From an uncultured Roseburia sp. (lineage in GTDB: Bacteria > Bacillota > Clostridia > Lachnospirales > Lachnospiraceae): DNA of 64,000 nucleotides. The DNA is taken from NCBI GenBank assembly GCA_947038265.1, contig CAMQVP010000001.1, positions 60,968 to 124,967 on the forward strand, in the 5' to 3' direction. The notes beneath the pieces are model-generated. The model was not told the origin of the DNA, did not search any database, and saw only the letters and a list, made by a program, of their open reading frames with translations. Shown one piece after another: positions 47,165-55,182 of this stretch; position 1 is the first letter of the stretch, and the number at the start of each line of letters is the position of its first letter. Both the position numbers and the translations under genes were made by a program.

Positions 47165-48957
47165 ATTTTCCTCGTATATTCCTTTAACCAGTGAGTTTCT
47201 TCGGCTGTCAGATACGGTGAAAGCGTCTTATATACGGTTTCGTGGTATTGGTTCAACAGCATCTTTTCTTTTTCCGTCAGGCTTTCTGCATCTACCGCGT
47301 CTAAATCCACAGGCGCGTATGTGATCGTTTCAAAACATAAAAACTGGCCGTATTCATTTTTTTGGGCTTTTTTACAGAGAAGCTCATTTTCAATGCGGAT
47401 TCCATATTCGCCCGCCAAATATACGCCCGGCTCATCTGTTGTAATCATGCCCGCTTTTAACGCGAAATCTTCGTCTTTTCCCTGACGCTTTTTCCAACGG
47501 AACGCATTCGGCCCTTCGTGCACATTTAAAATATGCCCCACTCCATGCCCCGTTCCGCATTTATAGTCCAGACCCAATTCCCAAAGAGGCTCTCTAGCCA
47601 AAATATCCAGATTTTGTCCGGTGCATCCCTCTAAGAACTTTGCGTCCGCCAACGCTAAGTTTGCCCGCAGGACAGCGGTAAAATGCTGACGCATTTGATG
47701 TGTGATTTTTCCCAGAGCGATGGTTCTTGTGACGTCCGTCGTCCCTTCTAGGTAATGCCCGCCGGAATCCACCAAAAGAAAACCTTCCGGCTCTAAGACT
47801 GCGTTTTCATCTGGCGCCGCCTGATAGTGCATCATGGCGGCGTTCCCACGGTAAGCGCAGATAGTGGCAAAACTTGGCCCTAAATAGCTCGGCTGTTCCC
47901 TCCGCCTATCCTCCAGATATTCACCGGCGGAAAGTTCCGTCACCGGCTCCAAACCAATCTTTGTTTTCAGCCAATACATAAATTTCGTAAATGCCACACC
48001 GTCTTTGATGTGCGCCCAAACCGTATTGCGGATTTCCACCGGATTTTTCACTGCTTTTAACAATTCGGAGGGGTTTGGCTGTGTAAGCCTTTGGACGGAA
48101 GCTGACAGACCGGATACAATTCTGTCATTGAGCGTTTCCGGATCATAAAGAACGGATACGCCAGAAAGGCTGTCTGTATAAGCTTCTACTGCTTCATATG
48201 GTCTGGTTTCTATCTGGTTTTCTTTCAGGTACGCCCGCTGATCCTGTGTAATGACGTCTTCCTGCAAAAACCAAATGCAGGTCTCCAGTGATATGATAAG
48301 ATATGACATCACAACTGGAACATGCGCGATGTCGGCGCCACGGATATTTAATGTCCATGCTATGTCCGTTAAGGACGACAGGATATGCGTATCTACACCT
48401 GCGGATTTCATTTCTTTGCGGATCTCTGCTATCTTTTCCTTTACGCTTTTGCCGGAATAGGTTTCGTCTAATATGAAAAACGGGTTCGCGGCTGCAGGCG
48501 GGCGGTCTGCCCAAAATTGATCCAAAAGATCTTGTTTGGGATCTAAGATGGCGCCTGCTTGTTTTAGGATGCTACGGTAATCTTCTCCGTCTGCCGCATT
48601 TATAGTTCTGCCGTCATAGGCAAGCGTCTCGCCTTTTTTTATGGTTTTTTTGATAAATTCTTTGACTGTGGGAACATCATCTTCTCCTATGCGCATAAGC
48701 GTGACTGAACTTCCTTCGAGCTGTTTTTCCGCTTGCAGGAAGTATCTGCCGTCTGTCCAAAGGTATGCCTGCGTCTGCGTGATGACTGCTGTCGCATTGG
48801 AACCGGAAAATCCGGTCAAATGCCGGATTGCCTGAAAATGCTCCCCGATATATTCGGAACCGTGATAATCGGAGTTTGTCATAAGATAATAATTGATGTT
48901 TTGTTTTGCCATTTGCCCTCTGAGCGTTGTCAGGCGTTTCAGAGTGGAGTTACTCAT
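47161..48957 (-). CDS. aminopeptidase P family (M24B Xaa-Pro aminopeptidase)
   Basis: About 598 aa with a creatinase/prolidase N-terminal domain and the M24 core ...HGVGHILNVHEGP.... The likely start is the ATG at 48957, preceded by GAGGAAACAG. The first codon of the track ORF is TTG. Confidence 0.8.
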   Translation of the reverse strand: MSNSTLKRLTTLRGQMAKQNINYYLMTNSDYHGSEYIGEHFQAIRHLTGFSGSNATAVITQTQAYLWTDGRYFLQAEKQLEGSSVTLMRIGEDDVPTVKEFIKKTIKKGETLAYDGRTINAADGEDYRSILKQAGAILDPKQDLLDQFWADRPPAAANPFFILDETYSGKSVKEKIAEIRKEMKSAGVDTHILSSLTDIAWTLNIRGADIAHVPVVMSYLIISLETCIWFLQEDVITQDQRAYLKENQIETRPYEAVEAYTDSLSGVSVLYDPETLNDRIVSGLSASVQRLTQPNPSELLKAVKNPVEIRNTVWAHIKDGVAFTKFMYWLKTKIGLEPVTELSAGEYLEDRRREQPSYLGPSFATICAYRGNAAMMHYQAAPDENAVLEPEGFLLVDSGGHYLEGTTDVTRTIALGKITHQMRQHFTAVLRANLALADAKFLEGCTGQNLDILAREPLWELGLDYKCGTGHGVGHILNVHEGPNAFRWKKRQGKDEDFALKAGMITTDEPGVYLAGEYGIRIENELLCKKAQKNEYGQFLCFETITYAPVDLDAVDAESLTEKEKMLLNQYHETVYKTLSPYLTAEETHWLKEYTRKI

Positions 48958-49423
48958 TTTCTGTTTCCTCATAGTATTCAAAAAATCTGGTGTCCAACTC
49001 TGGATAGGAGCGCTTGAGTGAAATTGGCTTGCCGCTTCGGTTTAAAAAGCAGTGCTCGCTTGTCGCTAGGGTGCGGAGCTCTCCTGTTTTTTTGTCGGTC
49101 ATACGGTATTCTACTTTCATTTTTATTCCGTTATATTCGGAGATTTTCGTTTCGATTATAACGGTATCGTCAAAATGAACCATGCTTTTATATTCACAGG
49201 CTATGGACAGTACGGGGCTGATGATTTCCATCTTTTCCATGCCTTTATAGGATAGGCCGATCTGCTCCATGAGATCCATGCGGGCTTCTTCCATCCAACG
49301 GATATAGTTGGAGTGGTGGATTATGCCCATTTGATCAGTCTCGTAGTATTTTGCATGATGTTCGTATGGTTTGATATGGATTTGGCCTGCTTGTCCATAT
49401 AACTGTAATTCTCTTCCTGCCAT
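48950..49423 (-). CDS. hotdog-fold acyl-CoA thioesterase (YbgC/4HBT-like)
   Basis: 157 aa, ...YYETDQMGIIHHSNYIRWMEEAR.... Confidence 0.65.
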   Translation of the reverse strand: MAGRELQLYGQAGQIHIKPYEHHAKYYETDQMGIIHHSNYIRWMEEARMDLMEQIGLSYKGMEKMEIISPVLSIACEYKSMVHFDDTVIIETKISEYNGIKMKVEYRMTDKKTGELRTLATSEHCFLNRSGKPISLKRSYPELDTRFFEYYEETENE

Positions 49424-49519
49424 AAGTCATTCCTCCTTTTGCAAGTGGGGCTTAATAGTATTATTATGTCACAGAGGGCGGGGAATTTCAAGTTGGAAAT
49501 GATTTTAAAAATGTTGATT

Positions 49520-49549
49520 GGGGTGGGGTGAGGCAGTGAGGCAGTGAGG
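49520..49549 (+). repeat. tandem octamer repeats GAGGCAGT/GAGGCGGC leading into palindrome E3
   Basis: gggtggggtGAGGCAGTGAGGCAGTGAGGCGGcagacgc. Confidence 0.6.
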
Positions 49550-49677
49550 CGGCAGACGCAAAACTATAGTTCATTCAGACACGCTCTCGCTCTTAGAAGC
49601 CAGTAGCGGTTCTAAGTTCGAAAAAACCTCACTAAGAACCGACAGGCTTCTAACGGTCTTCATTGAACTATAGTTTT
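49550..49677. repeat. nested palindromic element E3 (24-bp perfect terminal inverted repeats flanking 80 bp)
   Basis: CGGCAGACGCAAAACTATAGTTCA at 49550-49573 and its exact reverse complement at 49654-49677. Inner imperfect repeats cttagaagcc / ggcttctaa and gttctaagt / actaagaac. Confidence 0.8.
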
Positions 49678-49739
49678 GCGTCTGCCGCGGAACGTCTTTG
49701 GGGATCAATATTTTTAAATTTGCTTGTTAGGGAGTGTGG

Positions 49740-50280
49740 GAAGTTGGACTTTTTTGATTTATTATGGGTTTGTTTCTGGGGGATTTTATATTATTTTTTG
49801 TTGTATCTTTTTGTTTGGGCTGTCTTTTTGACTTCGTAGATGTTTTAGTTATATTTTTTGTTTTTCTTTCTGTCTTTTTGATTCGGAGCAGATTCTTTTT
49901 GTTCATTTTTTTATTGTTGATTTTTGATTTATTTTTGTTATTTATTATTTGAGTTTTTTGTGTCTTGTTTTTTTATTTTATTTTCGTAGTTCGTTTTGTA
50001 GTTTGTTCTTATGATTTGTTTTTTGGTTTTTTTATCTTCTTGGGAGACGCATTGTTTCTGTTAAGTTGTTTAAGGTTTTCTTTCCAATTTATTTTTTGGA
50101 AGGAGGGGGAATGTTTCGTTTTGTTAGTTTATTATTTCCGATTTTTTTAATATTATGGATTAATATGTTGTGTATTCGTTTTTTATTTTCTAGAAATTTT
50201 GTGTGGGAGATTTTTAATGGATTTTTAGTTTTCTTTTTATTTATGAGTGATTAGTTTTATTTGCTGATTTTACTTTTAAT
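49740..50280 (+). other. cytosine-depleted T/G-rich low-complexity tract of about 540 bp
   Basis: By eye about 60% T, about 20% G and under 10% C on the plus strand. Only F/L/V-rich artefact ORFs are present (49764..49952, 49965..50150, 50066..50254). Confidence 0.7.
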
Positions 50281-50713
50281 TAATTCAATGAAGCATTTTC
50301 AATAATATACATTATATCCTGCCTTGACTTTTATGTATGTTAATTTCTTTTTTAACGAAAGCATGTCAAAAATGCGATTCTGTAGCTGTTTTATCTTTCT
50401 AATAGATATTGTCTGCTTTATTATATCTTTATTTAATATGATATAATCTGCCTTTTGTTTCAAAAACTATCGCGTCTTTTCATGATATAATAGTTCTATC
50501 TCTATATAGTGTATAGATCTATTTTAATAAATCTATTTGATGAATTATTGATTTTTTCTTAAATTCAAAATATTTGGCATTTTCTTTGGAAAAGCATTCC
50601 AAACAATATGAAAAGGTGAATGAAGTTTCTATGGACTTATGTTTTTCTATTTGAATTAAGAATGCTTTTTGATAATGTGTTAAAATTTCTATATTTTATT
50701 AAGGTGTGATTCA

Positions 50714-50722
50714 TGTTATAAT
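50714..50722 (+). promoter_or_regulatory. extended -10 element TGtTATAAT upstream of the amidase gene
   Basis: tcaTGtTATAATatcc, about 128 nt upstream of the ATG at 50850. Confidence 0.4.
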
Positions 50723-50849
50723 ATCCACGGAATGAATCCTAGGCTTTGTCTTATGGAGACACATAGATCTGGAAGTATGGGGGATTTTTTAGCGAATAAG
50801 ACTTTTTACTAAAATGTCAAATATTTTAAATTAAGAAAGAGGGCTGATT

Positions 50850-51959
50850 ATGAATTTAAAAAAACGAATATCTCTGTTTTCCATATTGCTGTTTCTTTTT
50901 ACTGTTGGTTTCTTGGGCTGTGGCAAAACTGATCCTGTGAAAAAAACGGTTCCGGAACGGGAGGAGGCAGAAGAAACTAGTTCAGGGCAAATGCTTCCTT
51001 CTGAATATGCTGACAGTGAAATGATTCAGGATAACGAGGAGATTCCTACAGAAACTGAACTTATTTTGGATGCAAATGCGGCGGAACCATTTCCGGAAGC
51101 GGCAGAAAACCCAGACAGTATTTCCACGACGGAAATTATTACAACGGATACTGTGAATATCCGCATTGCTCCGGATTTAAACGCTGACGTTGCCCAAAAA
51201 GCGGCGCGGCGGACTGTGTTAAATAAGGTTTCTGAAGCAGATGGCTGGACTAAAATTTTAATGGAGAATTTTTTTTATTATGTAAAAAGCGATTATGTAA
51301 AAGATATGCCTGCCGCGGGTGAACGCACAGGATTTCTTGTTGCAATCGATGCTGGACATCAGGCTAAGGGAAACAGTGAAACGGAACCCATCGGGCCTGG
51401 CGCATCTGAACAGAAAGCGAAAGTCGCTGGAGGCACAAGAGGCGTTTCAAGCGGGCTTGCCGAATATGAACTTACTCTGCAGGTTTCTCTGAAATTGCGG
51501 GACGAGCTTACGGCCCGCGGATATGAGGTGCTGATGATTCGGGAAAGCAATGATGTCAATATCAGCAATGCAGAACGCGCAGAAATTGCAAATCAGGCGG
51601 GGGCAGACGCGTTTTTGCGTATCCATGCAAATGGTTCGGAAAACAGCGGGGCAAACGGAGCTATGACAATCTGCCAGACGGCGGGCAATCCTTATAATGC
51701 CGCGCTTTACAGTGACAGCAGACGTCTGTCTTCTCATGTATTAGACGCTCTTTCCGCGGCAACGGGATGCCAAAAACAATCTGTTTGGGAAACGGACACT
51801 ATGACCGGGATTAACTGGTGCCAAACGCCGGTTACGATTGTCGAAATGGGCTTTATGACTAATCCCACGGAAGATTCTAATATGGCAAATCCCGATTACC
51901 AGTACAAAATTGCCCAAGGAATTGCAGACGGCGTGGACGCTTATTTTCAGGCAGAATAA
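50850..51959 (+). CDS. N-acetylmuramoyl-L-alanine amidase (Amidase_3) lipoprotein with SH3-like domain
   Basis: Lipobox LFLFTVGFLGCG, the SH3b-like segment ...TDTVNIRIAPDLNADV...DGWTKIL..., and the Amidase_3 segment ...LVAIDAGHQAKGN...LRIHANGS.... AAGAAAGAGGG lies upstream. Confidence 0.85.
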   Translation: MNLKKRISLFSILLFLFTVGFLGCGKTDPVKKTVPEREEAEETSSGQMLPSEYADSEMIQDNEEIPTETELILDANAAEPFPEAAENPDSISTTEIITTDTVNIRIAPDLNADVAQKAARRTVLNKVSEADGWTKILMENFFYYVKSDYVKDMPAAGERTGFLVAIDAGHQAKGNSETEPIGPGASEQKAKVAGGTRGVSSGLAEYELTLQVSLKLRDELTARGYEVLMIRESNDVNISNAERAEIANQAGADAFLRIHANGSENSGANGAMTICQTAGNPYNAALYSDSRRLSSHVLDALSAATGCQKQSVWETDTMTGINWCQTPVTIVEMGFMTNPTEDSNMANPDYQYKIAQGIADGVDAYFQAE

Positions 51960-52033
51960 AGCAATCTGGCGTACAGATGGGATGCTTTGCTGACAATGTT
52001 ATGTATTTTTTCACTTCTTGTTAAATATAATTC

Positions 52034-52095
52034 AGGGGAAGCGAGATGACGGCGGCATTTATATCCTCTTTTTGCTTCCCCTGCTTTTTCTTTTC
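52034..52095 (+). terminator. putative terminator after the amidase gene
   Basis: AGGGGAAGCg...(long loop)...tGCTTCCCCT followed by GCTTTTTCTTTTC. Confidence 0.4.
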
Positions 52096-52252
52096 TGTCT
52101 GGATTCCTTACTTAGTACAAATTCCAAAAAAATTTCTGAAAGCTTTCAACTGTTTGAGACATTTAATTTTGCTCCTTTTCTATGAACTTATCTTTACGCT
52201 CCCATTAATCTACATCTCTATAAACTTTTCTTTACGCTTCCATAAGTCTATG

Positions 52253-54130
52253 TCACTCTTTTGCGGCTGCCATAGCCGATAAGCGGTAGAAGCAGAAAAA
52301 GACGGCAAAAACGACGGCTATACTGGCAAAGTATATGAGACGCAAGTCTGCATACATCATTTTTTCCAAGGCGTGAACGGAAAAATAAGCGGAAACTGCC
52401 ATCACAAGAAACGGTAATCCATATGCGGCTTTCAGTTCATTGGAAACTGACTTTTTTAAGATCTTTCCAGATATGCCAATTTTTCGGAGTGTCTGCATCC
52501 GCTCTTTTTCCTCAAAGGAATCGTTGTACAGTTTCATAAACAGTATGCTTCCGCTTGCTAAGATAAACACCAGAAACATGAAAATGCACATTGTATACAA
52601 AACCTTCACCCACTCAATATCACTGCTGTTTGGGTCTGTTTTTATTACTCCCATTTCTGGGGAAAGTGAATCCAAAGCATCGTTTGCCGCGGCAAAATTG
52701 GAAAGATCCTGAATTTTATAGTTGTACAGATACAGTTCTTCCCCAAGCGGCAAAAGACGCTTATATTCTTTATCATTGACCAGATACAGGCTCATCATTT
52801 CCTGAAGATAGCCCAGATATGGCACTGTTGTCTCTTGGATCTGCTGATACGTTTTTCCGTGAATTGTACAAATGACGTCTGACCGGTTTGTCAGCAGTGA
52901 CAATAGATAGAGACGTGAAATTTTTATAATTTCATCTTGTTTTGGATTTTTTAATGTAAATTCCAGCCCTGCCGCTTTCGCAAGCTGTTTCATCTGTGAA
53001 TAAGAAACTACGGCATAATCTGATGTATGCGTCTCGGTCTTCCATGCTGAATCGTCAATATGCAGCACGGTTATTTCGGTTTCATATTCGATTTGATTGT
53101 TTTTTTCAATTAATGGGCGGATCATGTCAGAAAGTCCGCTTTGGCTTCCAATAATCTGGTAAGTGTAAGTCGTCCGGAAATGCGTCATTGCTTCATAACG
53201 GTATTTCATGGCAAATCCTGTCGCAAGCGCAGTCACGGAACATAGCATAAGCACACAGGTCATTGCATAAGCGCGGTAATTTTTTTTCATGCGGAAAATA
53301 ACATTATTTACCCAAAGCGTCCGCTCTTTTTGATATAAAAATGTCTTTCTTTTTGCTAATTTCTGAAACAGCATGGGCAAAAACCCGCCAAATAAAAGGT
53401 ATACGCCTAAAATGACAAGCGCGACGGCTGCAAGCACATTTCCCATTACTTCCTGCCCGCCTTCTTTTATGGCAAGGAAATAGCCGGAAAAAAGAATGAT
53501 AAGACCGAGAATGGTTTTTACTGTTAAAACGACCGGATTTTGACGGACGTATTCATTCTGCCTTGTTGCTGACACCAGTTCAAGCACGCTGCTCCTTACG
53601 ATTTCCACATATCCTTTGATGGAAAAAATCAGATAAAACAGTAAATATACGATGCTTGGAAGGATTAGGGGCTCTATATGGAACTGAAAGGCGATTTCTA
53701 CTGTAATATCTGAAATTGCCAAGAGTATCATTTGAAATAACTGCGTCGTCAGCATACCGGACGAGATTCCTAAAATCCATGCAAAAATTCCGGTCATTAC
53801 GGTTTCGATGAAATACAGTTTTCCAATTTGCTGATTCGTCAAACCCATAAAAATATAGATCCCGATTTCTTTTTTTTGTTTCGTTAAAAACACATTGGTC
53901 GCGTACCAGAGAAAACAAAACATAAAGCAAATTAAAACAATTGAAATAATCTGAACTAAAATATCGATGTACTCTGCATTTTTTCCGCCCAATCCTTCAA
54001 ATAAATTGGAGTATATAATATTCTGGAAATTGACAAATGCCAAAATCGTAAATGCCATTGACAACACGACGGCAAGATAATTCCTTAAATTGCTTTTAAA
54101 ATTCTGCATTGCAAGCTGTATCATGCTCAT
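52253..54130 (-). CDS. FtsX-like ABC transporter permease (BceB-type, 10 transmembrane segments plus an extracellular domain)
   Basis: 625 aa. Four N-terminal transmembrane segments, a large loop and six C-terminal transmembrane segments. It overlaps the ATPase gene by 4 nt. Confidence 0.85.
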   Translation of the reverse strand: MSMIQLAMQNFKSNLRNYLAVVLSMAFTILAFVNFQNIIYSNLFEGLGGKNAEYIDILVQIISIVLICFMFCFLWYATNVFLTKQKKEIGIYIFMGLTNQQIGKLYFIETVMTGIFAWILGISSGMLTTQLFQMILLAISDITVEIAFQFHIEPLILPSIVYLLFYLIFSIKGYVEIVRSSVLELVSATRQNEYVRQNPVVLTVKTILGLIILFSGYFLAIKEGGQEVMGNVLAAVALVILGVYLLFGGFLPMLFQKLAKRKTFLYQKERTLWVNNVIFRMKKNYRAYAMTCVLMLCSVTALATGFAMKYRYEAMTHFRTTYTYQIIGSQSGLSDMIRPLIEKNNQIEYETEITVLHIDDSAWKTETHTSDYAVVSYSQMKQLAKAAGLEFTLKNPKQDEIIKISRLYLLSLLTNRSDVICTIHGKTYQQIQETTVPYLGYLQEMMSLYLVNDKEYKRLLPLGEELYLYNYKIQDLSNFAAANDALDSLSPEMGVIKTDPNSSDIEWVKVLYTMCIFMFLVFILASGSILFMKLYNDSFEEKERMQTLRKIGISGKILKKSVSNELKAAYGLPFLVMAVSAYFSVHALEKMMYADLRLIYFASIAVVFAVFFCFYRLSAMAAAKE

Positions 54131-54888
54131 GCAAAATCACCTCCCATGGCCGCCTGCATATCTATAATCCGGTCGTAAAATTCTTTCCGGCTCTCGCCGC
54201 GGCTTAACCTGCATTGAATCTGCCCGTCATTTAAAATGTAAACGTCTTTCGCATATGATGCGCTGTATGCATCATGCGTCACCATTAGAATCGCCGCCCT
54301 GCCGCTGTCGTTGACTGTTTTAAAACACTCTAACAATTCTTTACTGGAACGGGAGTCCAAAGCGCCCGTCGGCTCGTCTGCAAAAATAATTTCCGGTTCC
54401 GTAATTAATGCGCGGCACGCCGCCCCTCGCTGTTTTTGTCCGCCGGAAAGCTGGTAGGGATATTTTGTAATATGATCTTTTAAGCCAAACATACGGCTTA
54501 GTTCCATTGTTTTTTCCATGCACACCCTGCTGGACGCGCCGTTTAACGACAATGGAAGCGCAATATTATCCTGAAGGGTCATCGTGTCTAAAAGATTGTA
54601 ATCCTGAAACACGAAACCAATTTTATCCCGCCTGAGTTTGGATAATTCTTTGTTCGTCAATTTTGTAACGTCTTTTCCGTCCAACTGAACGATTCCCTGC
54701 GTCGGCTTGTCAATGGTGGAAAGGATATTAAGCAATGTTGTTTTGCCAGACCCGCTTGGTCCCATCACCGCTATAAAATCGTTTTTGTAAATTTCCAGAT
54801 TGACGCCTTTTAACACCGCAGTCAAAAACCCTCCTGATCCATAGTTTTTTGTCAAGTTTCTAATTTCCACTACTTTTTTTTCATTCAT
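54127..54888 (-). CDS. ABC transporter ATP-binding protein (BceA/MacB-like)
   Basis: GPSGSGKTTLLN, LSGGQKQRGAACRAL, IIFADEPTGALD; 253 aa. Confidence 0.9.
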   Translation of the reverse strand: MNEKKVVEIRNLTKNYGSGGFLTAVLKGVNLEIYKNDFIAVMGPSGSGKTTLLNILSTIDKPTQGIVQLDGKDVTKLTNKELSKLRRDKIGFVFQDYNLLDTMTLQDNIALPLSLNGASSRVCMEKTMELSRMFGLKDHITKYPYQLSGGQKQRGAACRALITEPEIIFADEPTGALDSRSSKELLECFKTVNDSGRAAILMVTHDAYSASYAKDVYILNDGQIQCRLSRGESRKEFYDRIIDMQAAMGGDFA

Positions 54889-55182
54889 GGCTGTTCCCTC
54901 CTATGAATGGCATTATAGAGGATTTTTTGGCAAAAATCCTGACATTTGGATTACAGTTTTGTAAGGTTAGTTTTTACTATACTCTAAAATAATTTACTTT
55001 ACAAAAAATAAGATTGGGAACCTGTTTTTACATTCCCAGTCTGCCGTCCCATTTAGGCTGTTCATTTTGCATTCAATTTTTTCACTTCGTCAAGTGAAAG
55101 TCCTGCATACTCCTCAATTTTTTAAGCGTCAACATTCCATCTGCCAACATTCTTTTGGCAGTAGTTATTGCCCCCTCCTTTT

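Noticed and set aside
49764-50254. Three F/L/V-rich ORFs (49764..49952, 49965..50150, 50066..50254)
   Set aside because: They are products of the C-depleted T/G-rich DNA. They overlap each other in different frames and have no ribosome-binding sites.
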